This document shows positions 46,488-58,447 of a DNA stretch of 64,000 nt, one piece after another. Both the position numbers and the translations under genes were made by a program. Position 1 is the stretch's first letter; each line of letters opens with the position of its first letter. The DNA comes from Mobula hypostoma (Eukaryota): positions 255,380,001 to 255,444,000 of the forward strand of contig NC_086097.1 of the NCBI RefSeq assembly GCF_963921235.1, read 5' to 3'. The notes beneath the pieces are model-generated. The model had not been told where the DNA came from, ran no database searches, and saw nothing but the letters and a program-made list of their open reading frames with translations.

Positions 46488-48906
46488 GGAAGGATGCAAT
46501 AGAGAAATGGAGGTCATTTAAAGGTGAAAATTTGAGGGTACAGAATCTTTATGTTCCTGTTAGGTTGAAAGGAAAGGTTAAAAGTTTGAGAGAGCCATGG
46601 TTTTCAAGGGATAGTGGAAACTTGATTTGGAAAAAGAGAGATATCTACAATAAATATAGGCAGCTTGGAGTAAATGAGGTGCTCAAGTAATATAAAGAAT
46701 GTAAAAAGATTCTTGAGAAAGAAATTAGAAAAGCTAAAAGAAGATACGAGGTTGCTTTGGCAAGTAAGATGAAAATAAATCCAAAGGGTTTCTACAGTTA
46801 TATTAATAGCAAAAGGATAGTGAGGGAAAAAATTGGTCCTTAAGTGGACAGCTATGCGTGGAGCCAAAATAGATGGGGGAGATTTTAAACAATTTCTTTT
46901 CTTTGGTGTTCATTGAGGAAAAGGGTTTTGAATTGTGTAAGGTAAGGGAAACAGATAGGGAAGTTATGGAAACTATGATGATTAAAGAAAAGCAAGTACT
47001 GGCGCTTTTAAGGAATATAAAAGTGGATTAGTCTCCGGATCCTGATAGGATATTCCGCAGGACCTTGAGGGAAGTTAGTGCGGAAATAGCAGGGGCACTG
47101 ACAGAAATATTTCAAATGTCATTAGAAACAAGGATGGTGCCGGAGGATTGGCGTATTGCTCATGTTGTTCCATTGTTTAAAAAGGGTTCTAAGAGTAAAC
47201 CTAGCAATTATCGGCCTGTGAGTTTCACGTCAGTGGTGGGTAAATTAATGAAAAGTATTCTTAGAGATGGTATATATAATCATCTGAATAGACAGGGTCT
47301 GATTAGGAACAGTCAACATTGATTTGTGCGTGGAAAGTCGTGTTTGACAAATCTTATTGAATTTTTTGAAGAGGTTACTAGGAAAGTTGACGAGGATAAA
47401 GCGGTGGATGTTGTCTATATGGACTTCAGTAAGGCCCTTGACAAGGTTCCACATGGAAGGTTAGTTAGGAAGGTTCAATCGTTAGGTATTAATTTTGAAG
47501 TAGTAAAATGGATTCAGCAGTGGCTGGATGGGAGATGCCAGAGAGTGGTGGTGGATAACTGTTTGTCAGATTGGAGGCCGGTGACTAGTGGTGTGCCTCA
47601 GGGATCTGTACTGGGTCCAATGTTGTTTGTCATATACATTAATGATCTGGATGATGGGGTGGTAAATTGGATGAGTAAGTATGCAGATGATACTAAGATA
47701 GGTGGCGTTGTGGATAATGAAGTTGGTTTTTAAAGCTTGTAGAGAGATTTAGGCCAGTTAGAAGAGTGGGATGAAAGATGGCAGGTGGAGCTTATTGCTG
47801 ATAAATGTGAGGTGCTACATTTTGGTAGGACTCATCAAATTAGGATATACATGGTAAATGGTAGGGCATTGAAGAATGCAGTAGAACAGAGGGATCTAGA
47901 AATAATGGTGAATAGTTCCCTGAAGGTGGAATCTCATGTGGATAGGGTGGTGAAGAAAGCTTTTGGTTTGGAGTATTGTGTACAGTTCTGGTCACCGAAT
48001 TATAGGAAAGATGTCAACAAAATAGAGAGAGTACAGAGAAGATTTACTAGAATGTTACCTGGGTTTCATCACCTAAGTTACAGAGAAAGATTGAACAAGT
48101 TGGGTCTTTATTCTTGGGAGCGTAAAAGGTTGAGGGGGGACTTTATAGAGGTATCTAAAATTATGAGGGGGATAGGTAGAGTTGATGTGGATAGGCTTTT
48201 TCCATTGAGAGTTGGGGAGATTCAAACAAGAGGACATGAGTTGAGATTTAAAGGGCAAAAGTTTAGGGGTAACATGAGGGGGAACTTCTTTACTCAGAGT
48301 GGTGGTTGTGTGGGATGAGCTTCCAGCAGAAGTGGTTGAGGCAGGTTCAATGTTGTTGTTTAAAGTTAAATTGGATAGATATATGGACAGGAAGGGAATG
48401 GAGGGTTATGGCTGAGTACAGGTTGGTGGGACTAGGTGAGAGTAAGTGTTCGGCATGGACTAGAAGGGCCAAGATGGCCTGTTTCTGTGCTGTAATTGTT
48501 ATATAGTTATATGGTTATTGCATTTAACTTTCTGATGAAAATGTCCTCTCTAGGTCACCAATGCAGAAAGTAATAAGTTCAGGCACGGGACATTAAATTC
48601 AGTTTTAAACATTCAGCACTTTCGTTAATGATCTGGTTGCTGTTGACACTTGAATAAAGTTTAAAAAATTTGGTTGAGTATTGGGTAAGAGATTCAAATA
48701 TATTATTTATGACACCAAAGGAAACGTTGATAATATTATTTCTTGGGAAATGAGTGATGTTAGCAAAATGGCTCCTCTGATTGGCTTGATAGCCAATAAA
48801 AAATAATTCTCTATCTACTCTTGTTTTTGAATGTTGATAGCTTCATTATACAGATGATGTATAATATTTACAGGTCTTTACTTTAATCCTATAAAGGTTC
48901 CTTGAG

Positions 48907-49115
48907 GCTGTTACAGCTGGGGTGTGGGGTAGCGGTCGTGGGGATAAGCTCTCACTACCTTACCCTAATGGTGGGCATCTCAAATAGCATCTGATGACCA
49001 AGTCCAGTTCCAGGTCTTCACATGTGGTTTAACTACTAAGCCTGGCAGAACTGTTTATATTGACATGATAAGGAGGAAGAATGGGCTACAGGTGCTTTAA
49101 AAGTAGTTGCTTAAG
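48907..49115 (+). mobile_element. Probable 5' part of an old short RTE-type element (appears to continue at ~51490-51529)
   Basis: GGGGTAGCGGTCGTGGGGATAAGCTCTCACTACC stem-rich leader; family assignment from recognition only. Confidence 0.4.
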
Positions 49116-51489
49116 GCAAGGAGCATTAGTAATAAGGTGGATGAATTGAAAGTGCAGATTGTTATTAATGATTATGATATAGTTGGGATCACAGAGACAT
49201 AGAAACATAGAAAATAGGTGCAGGAGTAGGCCATTCGGCCCTTCGAGCCTGCACCGCCATTTATTATGATCATGGCTGATCCTCCAACTCAGAACCCCGC
49301 CCCAGCCTTCCCTCCATACCCCCTGACCCCCGTAGCCACAAGGGCCATATCTAACTCCCTCTTAAATATAGCCAATGAACTGGCCTCAACTGTTTCCTGT
49401 GGCAGAGAATTCCACAGATTCCACAGATTCACCCATGGCTCCAGGGTGACCAGGGATGGGAGCTCAACGTTCAGGGATATTCAATATTCAGGAGGGATAG
49501 ACATGAAGGAAGGGGAGGTGGAGTGGTGTTGCTGGTTAAAGAAGAGATTAATGCAATAGAAAGGAAAGACATAAGCCGGGAAGATATGGAATCGATATGG
49601 GTAGAGCTGCGTAACACTAAGGGGCAGAAGACGCTGGTGGGAGTTGTGTACAGGCCACCTAACAGTAGTAGTGAGGTCGGAGATGGTATTAAACAGGAAA
49701 TTAGAAATGTGTGCAGTAAAGGAACAGCAGTTATAATGGGTGACTTCAATCTCAATGTAGATTGGGTGAACCAAATTGGTAAAGGTGCTGAGGAAGAGGA
49801 TTTCTTGGAATGTATGCGGGATGGTTTTTTGAACCAACATGTCGAGGAACCAACTAGAGAGCAGGCTATTCTGGACTGGGTTTTGAGCAATGAGGAAGGG
49901 TTAATTAGCAATCTTGTCGTGAGAGGCCCCTTGGGTAAGAGTGACCATAATATGGTGGAATTCTTCATTAAGATGGAGAGTGACATAGTTAATTCAGAAA
50001 CAAAGGTTCTGAACTTAAAGATGGGTAACTTTGATGGTATGAGACGTGAATTAGCTAAGATAGACTGGCAAATGACACTTAAAGGATTGACGGTGGATAT
50101 GCAATGGCAAGCATTTAAAGGTTGCATGGATGAACTACAACAATTGTTTGTCCCAGTTTGGCAAAAGAATAAATCAAGGAAGGTAGTGCACCCGTGGCTG
50201 ACAAGAGAAATTAGGGATAGTATCAATTCCAAAGAAGAAGCATACAAATTAGCCAGAGAAGGTGGCTCACCTGAGGACTGGGAGAAATTCAGAGTTCAGC
50301 AGAGGACAAAGGGCTTAATTAGGAAGGGGAAAAAAGATTATGAGAGAAAACTGGCAGAGAACATAAAAACGGACTGTAAAAGCTTTTATAGATATATAAA
50401 AAGGAAAAGACTGGTAAAGACAAATGTAGGTCCCCTGCAGACAGAAACAGGAGAATTGATTATGGGGAGCAAGGACATGGCAGACCAATTGAATAATTAC
50501 TTTGGTTCTGTCTTCACTAAGGAGGACATAAATAATCTTCCAGAAATAGTAGGGGACAGAGAGTCCAGTGAGATGGAGGAACTGAGCGAAATACATGTTA
50601 GTAGGGAAGTGGTGTTAGGTAAATTGAAGGGATTGAAGGCAGATAAATCCCCAGGGCCAGATGGTCTGCATCCCAGAGTGCTTAAGGAAGTAGCCGAAGA
50701 AATAGTGGATGCATTAGTGATAATTTTTCAAAACTTGTTAGATACCAGACTAGTTCCTGAGGATTGGAGGGTGGCTAATGTAACTCCACTTTTTAAAAAA
50801 GGAGGGAGAGAGAAACCGGGGAATTATAGACCAGTTAGCCTAACGTCAGTGGTGGGGAAACTGCTGGAGTCAGTTATCAAGGATGTGATAACAGCACATT
50901 TGGAAAGCGGTGAAATGATCAGACAAAGTCAGCATGGATTTGTGAAAGGAAAATCATGTCTGACGAATCTCATAGAATTTTTTGAGGATGTAACTAGTAG
51001 AGTGGATAGGGGAGAACCAGTGGATGTGGTACATTTGGATTTTCAAAAGGCTTTTTGACAAGGTCCCACACAGGAGATTAGTGTGCAAACTTAAAGCACG
51101 TGGTGTTGGGGGTATGGTATTGATGTGGATGGAGAATTGGTTAGCAGACAGGAAGCAAAGAATGGGAATAAACGGGACCTTTTCAGAATGGCAGGCGGTG
51201 ACTAGTGGGGTACCGCAAGGCTCAGTGCTGGGACCCCAGTTGTTTACAATATATATTAATGACTTGGATGAGGAAATTAAATGCAGCATCTCCAAGTTTG
51301 CGGATGACACGAAGCTGGGTGGCAGTGTTAGCTGTGAGGAGGATGCTAAGAGGATGCAGGGTGACTTGGATAGGTTGGGTGAGTGGGCAAATTCATGGCA
51401 GATGCAATTTAATGTGGATAAATGTGAAGCTATGCAAGAACTCCAAATGGCCTACTCCTGCACCTATTTTCTATGTTTCTATGTTTCCA
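49116..51489 (+). mobile_element. CR1-A copy with an internal 3' deletion and an antisense CR1-A 3'-end insert (49197-49432)
   Basis: ORFs 49523-51058 and 51024-51430; jumps from DKCE to the 3' hairpin/tail; CAT flanks the insert. Confidence 0.9.
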
Positions 51490-52184
51490 TAAAACTCGTC
51501 TGCCATTGTTGGCAGCTCATCCAGAAGAACAGCCAGAGACCTTTTTCAGGGCTGAAATGGCTAACACAAAGGGGCATGGTTTTAAGGTGCTTGGAAGTAG
51601 GTACAAGGGGGATGCCAGAGGTAATTTTTCACACTGAGCGGTGTGAGTGCATGGAGGCGGATATGATAGGATCTTTTAAGAGACACTTATGTAACTCTTG
51701 CTTTGGCTAATGGCTTAATATAGACGGTGATAGAAACATAGAAACATAGAAAATAGGTGTAGGAGTAGGCCATTTGGCCCTTCGAGCCTGCACCACCATT
51801 CAGTATGATCATGGCTGATCATCCAACTCAGAACCCAGTACCAGCCTTCCCTCCATACCCCCTGATCCCTTTAGCCACAAGGGCCATATCTAACTCCCTC
51901 TTAAATATAGCCAATGAACTGGCATCAACTGTTTCCTGTGGCAGAGAATTCCACAGATTCACCACTCTCTGTGTGAAGAAGTTTTTCCTAATCTCGGTCC
52001 TAAAAGGCTTCCCTTCTATCCTCAGACTGTGACCCCTCATTCTGGACTTCCCCAACATCGGGAACAATCTTCCTGCATCTAGCCTGTCCAATCCCTTTAG
52101 GATTTTATACGTTTCAATAAGATCCCCCCTCAATCTTCTAAATTCCAACGCGTATAAGCCTAGTTCATCCAGTCTTTCATCATA

Positions 52185-55114
52185 GGCTAAGAGAGTTGTA
52201 AAAGAGTGCCTGAAGGCTTTATGTGTCAATGCAAGGAGCATTCGTAATAAGGCAGATGAATTGAAAGTGCAGATTGTTATTAATGATTATGATATAGTTG
52301 GGATCACAGAGACATGGCTCCAGGGTGACCAGGGATGGGAGCACAACGTTCAGGGATATTCAATATTCAGGAGGGATAGACATGAAGGAAGGGGAGGTGG
52401 GGTGGCATTGCTGGTTAAAGAAGAGATTAACGCAATAGAAAGGAAGGACATAAGCCGGGAAGATGTGGAATCGATATGGGTAGAGCTGCGTAACACCAAG
52501 GGGCAGAAGACGCTGGTGGGAGTTGTGTACAGACCACCTAACAGTAGTAGTGAGGTCGGAGATGGTATTAAACAGGAAATTAGAAATGTGTGCAATAAAG
52601 GAACAGCAGTTATAATGGGTGACTTCAATCTACATGTAGACTGGGTGAACCAAATTGGTAAAGGTGCTGAGGAAGAGGATTTCTTGGAATGTATGCGGGA
52701 TGGTTTTTTGAACCAACATGTCGAGGAACCAACCAGAGAGCAGGCTATTCTGGACTGGGTTTTGAGCAATGAGGAAGGGTTAATTAGCGATCTTGTCGTG
52801 AGAGGACCCTTGGGTAAGAGTGACCATAATATGGTGGAATTCTTCATTAAGATGGAGAGTGACATAGTTAATTCAGAAACAAAGGTTCTGAACTTAAAGA
52901 TGGGTAACTTTGATGGTATGAGACGTGAATTAGCTAAGATAGACTGGCAAATGACACTTAAAGGATTGACGGTGGATATGCAATGGCAAGCATTTAAAGG
53001 TTGCATGGATGAACTACAACAATTGTTCATCCCAGTTTGGCAAAAGAATAAATCAAGGAAGGTAGTGCACCCGTGGCTGACAAGAGAAATTAGGGATAGT
53101 ATCAATTCCAAAGAAGAAACATACAAATTAGCCAGAGAAAGTGGCTCACCTGAGGACTGGGAGAAATTCAGAGTTCAGCAGAGGAGGACAAAGGGCTTAA
53201 TTAGGAAGGGGAAAAAAGATTATGAGAGAAAACTGGCAGGGAACATAAAAACGAACTGTAAAAGCTTTTATAGATATGTAAAAAGGAAAAGACTGGTAAA
53301 GACAAATGTAGGTCCCCTGCAGATAGAAACAGGTGAATTGATTATGGGGAGCAAGGACATGGCAGACCAATTGAATAGTTACTTTGGTTCTGTCTTCACT
53401 AAGGAGGACATAAATAATCTTCCAGAAATAGTAAGGGACAGAGGATTCAGTGGGATGGAGGAACTGAGAGAAATACATGTTAGTAGGGAAGTGGTGTTAG
53501 GTAAATTGAAGGGATTGAAGGCAGATAAATCCCCAGGGCCAGATGGTCTGCATCCCAGAGTGCTTAAAGAAGTAGCCCAAGAAATAGTGGATGCATTAGT
53601 GATAATTTTTCAAAACTCGTTAGATTCTGGACTAGTTTCTGAGGATTGGAGAGTGGCTAATGTAACCCCACTTTTTAAAAAAGGAGGGAGAGAGAAACCG
53701 GGGAATTATAGTCCGGATAGCTTAACGTCGGTGGTGGGGAAACTGCTGGAGTCAGTTATCAAGGATGTGATAACAGCACATTTGGAAAGCAGTGAAATGA
53801 TCGGACAAAGTCAGCATGGATTTGTGAAAGGAAAATCATGTCTGACGAATCTCATAGAATTTTTTGAGGATGTAACTAGTAGAGTGGATAGGGGAGAACC
53901 AGTGGATGTGGTATATTTGGATTTTCAAAAGGCTTTTGACAAGGTCCCACACAGGAGATTAGTGTGCAAACTTAAAGCACACGGTATTGGGGGTAAGGTA
54001 TTGGTGTGGGTGGAGAATTGGTTAGCAGACAGGAAGCAAAGAGTGGGAATAAACGGGACCTTTTCAGAATGGCAGGCGGTGACTAGTGGGGTACCGCAAG
54101 GTTTAGTGCTGGGACTCCAGTTATTTACAATATATATTAATGACTTGGATGAGGGAATTAAATGCAGCATCTCCAAGTTTGCGGATGACACAAAGCTGGG
54201 TGGCAGTGTTAGCAGTGAGGAGGATGCTAAGAGGATGCAGGGTGACTTGGATAGGTTGGGTGAGTGGGCAAATTCATGGCAGATGCAATTTAATGTGGAT
54301 AAATGTGAAGTTATCCACTTTGGTGGCAAAAATAGGAAAACAGATTATTATCTGAATGGTGGCCGATTAGGAAAAGGGGAGGTGCAACGAGACCTGGGTG
54401 TCATTATACACCAGTCATTGAAAGTGGGCATGCAGGTACAGCAGGTGGTGAAAAAGGCGAATGGTATGCTGGCATTTATAGCGAGAGGATTCGAGTACAG
54501 GAGCAGGGACGTACTACTGCAGTTGTACAAGGCCTTGGTGAGACCACACCTGGAGTATTGTGTGCAGTTTTGGTCCCCTAATCTGAGGAAAGACATCTTT
54601 GCCATAGAGGGAGTACAAAGAAGGTTCACCAGATTGATTCCTGGGATGGCGGGACTTTCACATGAAGAAAGACTGGATGAATTGGGCTTGTACTCATTGG
54701 AATTTAGAAGATTGAGGGGGGATCTGATTGAAACGTATAAGATCCTAAAGGGATTGGACAGGCTAGATGCAGGAAGATTGTTCCCGATGTTGGGGAAGTC
54801 CAGAACGAGGGGTCACAGTTTGAGGATAGAGGGGAAGCCTTTTAGGACCGAGATTAGGAAAAACTTCTTCACACAGAGAGTGGTGAATCTGTGGAATTCT
54901 CTGCCACAGGAAACAGTTGAGGCCAGTTCATTGGCTATATTTAAGAGGGAGTTAGATATGGCCCTTGTGGCTACGGGGCTCAGGGGGTATGGAGGGAAGG
55001 CTGGGGCGGGGTTCTGAGCTGGATGATCAGCCATGATCAGAATAAATGGCGGTGCAGGTTCGAAGGGCCGAATGGCCTACTCCTGCACCTATTTTCTATG
55101 TTTCTATGTTTCTA
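52185..55114 (+). mobile_element. CR1-A copy, ORF1-less, intact ORF2
   Basis: Complete 3' hairpin and (TTTCTATG)n tail 55092-55114. Confidence 0.96.
52186..55017 (+). CDS. CR1 ORF2 protein (APE endonuclease plus reverse transcriptase), uninterrupted frame, no initiating ATG at its 5' end
   Basis: CVNARSIRNK, GITETWL, VYRPP, MGDFN, SDH, YLDFQKAFD, GVPQG, FADD, RPHLEYC. Confidence 0.9.
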   Translation, partial: AKRVVKECLKALCVNARSIRNKADELKVQIVINDYDIVGITETWLQGDQGWEHNVQGYSIFRRDRHEGRGGGVALLVKEEINAIERKDISREDVESIWVELRNTKGQKTLVGVVYRPPNSSSEVGDGIKQEIRNVCNKGTAVIMGDFNLHVDWVNQIGKGAEEEDFLECMRDGFLNQHVEEPTREQAILDWVLSNEEGLISDLVVRGPLGKSDHNMVEFFIKMESDIVNSETKVLNLKMGNFDGMRRELAKIDWQMTLKGLTVDMQWQAFKGCMDELQQLFIPVWQKNKSRKVVHPWLTREIRDSINSKEETYKLARESGSPEDWEKFRVQQRRTKGLIRKGKKDYERKLAGNIKTNCKSFYRYVKRKRLVKTNVGPLQIETGELIMGSKDMADQLNSYFGSVFTKEDINNLPEIVRDRGFSGMEELREIHVSREVVLGKLKGLKADKSPGPDGLHPRVLKEVAQEIVDALVIIFQNSLDSGLVSEDWRVANVTPLFKKGGREKPGNYSPDSLTSVVGKLLESVIKDVITAHLESSEMIGQSQHGFVKGKSCLTNLIEFFEDVTSRVDRGEPVDVVYLDFQKAFDKVPHRRLVCKLKAHGIGGKVLVWVENWLADRKQRVGINGTFSEWQAVTSGVPQGLVLGLQLFTIYINDLDEGIKCSISKFADDTKLGGSVSSEEDAKRMQGDLDRLGEWANSWQMQFNVDKCEVIHFGGKNRKTDYYLNGGRLGKGEVQRDLGVIIHQSLKVGMQVQQVVKKANGMLAFIARGFEYRSRDVLLQLYKALVRPHLEYCVQFWSPNLRKDIFAIEGVQRRFTRLIPGMAGLSHEERLDELGLYSLEFRRLRGDLIETYKILKGLDRLDAGRLFPMLGKSRTRGHSLRIEGKPFRTEIRKNFFTQRVVNLWNSLPQETVEASSLAIFKRELDMALVATGLRGYGGKAGAGF

Positions 55115-57793
55115 TATGAAGGTCCTGCCATCCCAGGAATCAATCCGGTGAACTTTCTTTGTACTCCCTCTATGGCAAGGATGTCTTTCCTCAGATTAGG
55201 GGACCAAAACTGCACACAATACTCCAGGTGTGGTCTCACCAAGGCCTTGTACAACTGCAGTAGTACCTCCCTGCTCCTGTACTCGAATCCTCTTGCTATA
55301 AATGCCAGCATACCATTCACCTTTTTCACCACCTGCTGTACCTGCATGCCCACTTTCAATGACTGGTGTATAATGATACCCAGGTCTCATTGCACCTCCC
55401 CTTTTCCTAATCGGCCACCATTCAGATAATAATCTGTTTTCCTGTTTTTGCCACCAAAGTGGATAACTTCACATTTATCCACATTAAATTGCATCTGCCA
55501 TGAATTTGCCCACTCACCCAACCTATTCAAGTCACCCTGCATCGTCTTAGCACCTCTTCACAGCTAACACTGCCGCTCAGCTTCGTGTCATCCGCAAACT
55601 TGGAGATGCTGCATTTAATTCCCTCATCCAAGTCATTAATATATTTTGTAAACAACTGGGGTCCCAACACTAAACCTTGCGATACCCCACTGGTCACTAC
55701 CTGCCATTCTGAAAAGGTCCTGTTTATTCCCACTCTTTGCTTCCTGTCTGCCAACCAATTCTCTATCCACATCAATACCTTACCCCCAATACCGTGTGCT
55801 TTAAGTTTGCACACTAATCTCCTGTGTGGGACCTTGTCAAAAGCCTTTTGAAAATCCAAATATACCACATCCACTGGTTCTCCCCTATCCACTTTACTAG
55901 TTACATCCTCAAAAAATTCTATGAGATTCGTCAGACATGATTTTCCTTTCACAAATCCATGCTGACTTTGTCCGATCATTTCACCGCTTTCCAAATGTGC
56001 TGTTATCACATCCTTGATAACTGACTCCAGCAGTTTCCCCACCACCGACGTTAGGCTAACCGGTCCATAATTCCCCGGTTTCTCTCTCCCTCCTTTTTTA
56101 AAAAGTGGGGTTACATTAGCCACCCTCCAATCCTCAGGAACTAGTCCAGAATCTAAAGAGTTTTGAAAAATTATCACTGATGCATCCACTATTTCTTGGG
56201 CTACTTCCTTAAGCACTCTAGGATGCAGACCATCTGGCCCTGAGGATTTATCTGCCTTCAATCCCTTCAATTTACCTAACACCACTTCCCTACTAACATG
56301 TATTTCCCTCAGTTCCTCTATCTCACTGGACCCTCTGTCCCCTACTATTTCCAGAAGATTATTTATGTCCTCCTTAGTGAAGACAGAACCAAAGTAATTA
56401 TTCAATTGGTCTGCCATGTCCTTGCTCCCCATAATCAATTCACCTGTTTCTGTCTGTAGGGGACCTACATTTATCTTAACCAATCTTTTTCTTTTCACAT
56501 ATCTATAAAAGCTTTTACAGTCAGTTTTTATGTTCCTTGCCAGTTTTCTCTCATAATCTTTCTTCCCCTTCCTAATTAAGCCCTTTGTCCTCCTCTGCTG
56601 AACTCTGAATTTCTCCCAGTCCTCAGGTGAGCCACTTTTTCTGGCTAATTTGTATGCTTCTTCTTTGGAATTGATACTATCCCTAATTTCCTTTGTCAGC
56701 CACGGGTGCACTACCTTCCTTGATTTATTCTTTTGCCAAACTGGGATGAACAATTGTTGTAGTTCATCCATGCAATCTTTAAATGCTTGCCATTGCATAT
56801 CCACCGTAAATCCCTTAAGTGTCATTTGCCAGTCTATCTTAGCTAATTCACGTCTCATACCTTCAAAGTTACCCTTCTTTAAGCTCAGAACCTTTGTTTC
56901 TGAATTAACTATGTCACTCTCTATCTTAATGAAGAATTCCACCATATTATGGTCACTCTTACCCAAGGGGCCTCTCACGACAAGATCGCTAATTAACCCT
57001 TCCTCATTGCTCAATACCCAGTCTCGAATAGCCTGCTCTCTAGTTGGTTCCTCGACATGTTGGTTCAAAAAACCATCCCGCATACATTCCAAGAAATCCT
57101 TGGCTGCCTACAGAAGCCCCCGGCCCGGCCAAGAAATCTTGTTTGGGTGGATGCTGTGTAATGTGTTCCCAGTTACAAATCAGTACCCCGAAATAACAAA
57201 CAGTGTACAATATGCGATTAAACGATTAAGCTTTATAATTCTTACTTTGACTATGTGGTTCGTAAAGAAAACAAAAAAAAAGGAAAAGGGCCCATTCTTA
57301 TGAAACAGTCTATTTCTCAACGTTGGAGCTGACTGATAAGCCGATTGTCCACCATCAAACTCCTCCGATCGTTGCTGCCCTTCGGACCCTCGTTCCAAGT
57401 CCACCCCTTCCGGCAGTCTACAGACTCTCTCCATTCACATCTTCTCTCCTCACCCCACCGAAAGACCGTGAAAATCTCTATTCCAGACTCACAAGAAAGA
57501 ACAACAGCATTCCAAACCCCGTTATCTCTAGTCATAACCCAAACATTGCTGCTACAGAGAAGCCATTACATGATCAGTGAAACCTTACAGCAGGTTACAC
57601 TCTTCCCCCACCAAATTTAGTCATGTCAAATCCCACTTCCTCCTCTGCAGAGTTCGGCTGCAACCCAGGCTGCCCACAGATAGCGCCCCCCCCCAACTTC
57701 ACCTGACTCAGCAGTAGAAGGGCCCGGACTCTCTTCAATCAATGGAGAGTAAGCGAGAGGCAGCAAATACGAGTCCGCATCCTCTGAATGAGC

Positions 57794-58447
57794 TTCAAAG
57801 CTGCTGCACAGGTCGACTCTGGTTAATAAAGCATACAGTGCATTGACCTTCATCAATCGTGGAATTGAATTTAGGAGCTGAGAGGTAATGTTGCAGCTAT
57901 ATAGGACCCTGGTCAGACCCCACTTGGAGTACTGTGCTCAGTTCTGGTCACCTCACTGCAGGAGGGACATGGAAACCATTGAAAGAGTGCAGAGGAGATT
58001 TACAAGGATGTTGCCTGGATTGGGGAGCATGCCTTATGAGAATAGGTTGAGTGAACTCGGCCTTTTCTCCTTGGAGCGACGGAGGATGAGAGGTGACCTG
58101 ATAGAGGTGTACAAGATGATGAGAGGCATTGATTGTGTGGATAGTCAGAGGCTTTTTCCCAGGGCTGAAATGGCTAACACAAGTGGGCATAGTTTTAAGG
58201 TGCTTGGAAGTAGGTACAGAGGAGGCATCAGGTGTAAGGTTTTTTACGCAGAGTAGAGGGCTGCCAGCAGCAGTGGTGGAGGTGGAAACGATAGGGTCTT
58301 TTAAGAGACTCCTGGATGGCTACATGGAGCTTAGAAAGATAGAGGGCTGTGGGTAAAGCCTAAGTACTTCTAAGATAAGGACGTGTTCGGCACAGCTTTG
58401 TAGGCCAAAGGGCCTGTATTGTGCTGTATGTTTTCTATGTTTCTATA
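57794..58447 (+). mobile_element. CR1-B 3' fragment inside Gypsy
   Basis: ORF 57888-58256; tail 58430-58447. Confidence 0.9.

Larger units (their letters stand above)
42243..48518 (+). mobile_element. CR1 subfamily H (YADD), decayed ORF2, host of two insertions
   Basis: APE 42380-43691, resumes ~46488; KYADDTK at ~47680; (GTTATAT)-type tail 48498-48518. Confidence 0.88.
41841..48726. repeat. Duplicated segment, copy 2 (41841-42242 and 48519-48726), split by a nested CR1 stack
   Basis: Colinear with 9181-9747. Confidence 0.88.
51731..57099 (-). mobile_element. CR1-A-like (slightly older) copy, 51731-52184 plus 55115-57099
   Basis: TCTTTCATCATA (52184) joins TGAAGGTCCTGCC (~55117); ORF 55527-57092. 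Confidence 0.92.
51690..57599 (-). mobile_element. Gypsy 3' LTR (51690-51730 plus 57100-57599), split by CR1 insertions
   Basis: TGTAAC at 51690 and GTTACA ending 57599; polypurine tract TGGTGGGGGAAGAG (minus strand, 57613-57600) abuts the LTR. Confidence 0.72.

Noticed and set aside
51731..55114. Twin-priming inversion at 52184
   Set aside because: The minus-strand copy continues at 55115, so this is a nested antisense insertion.
10774..57099. Assembly artefact as the cause of the many CR1-A copies
   Set aside because: The copies have different truncation points, private mutations and clean insertion junctions into different hosts; reads would still be needed for proof.
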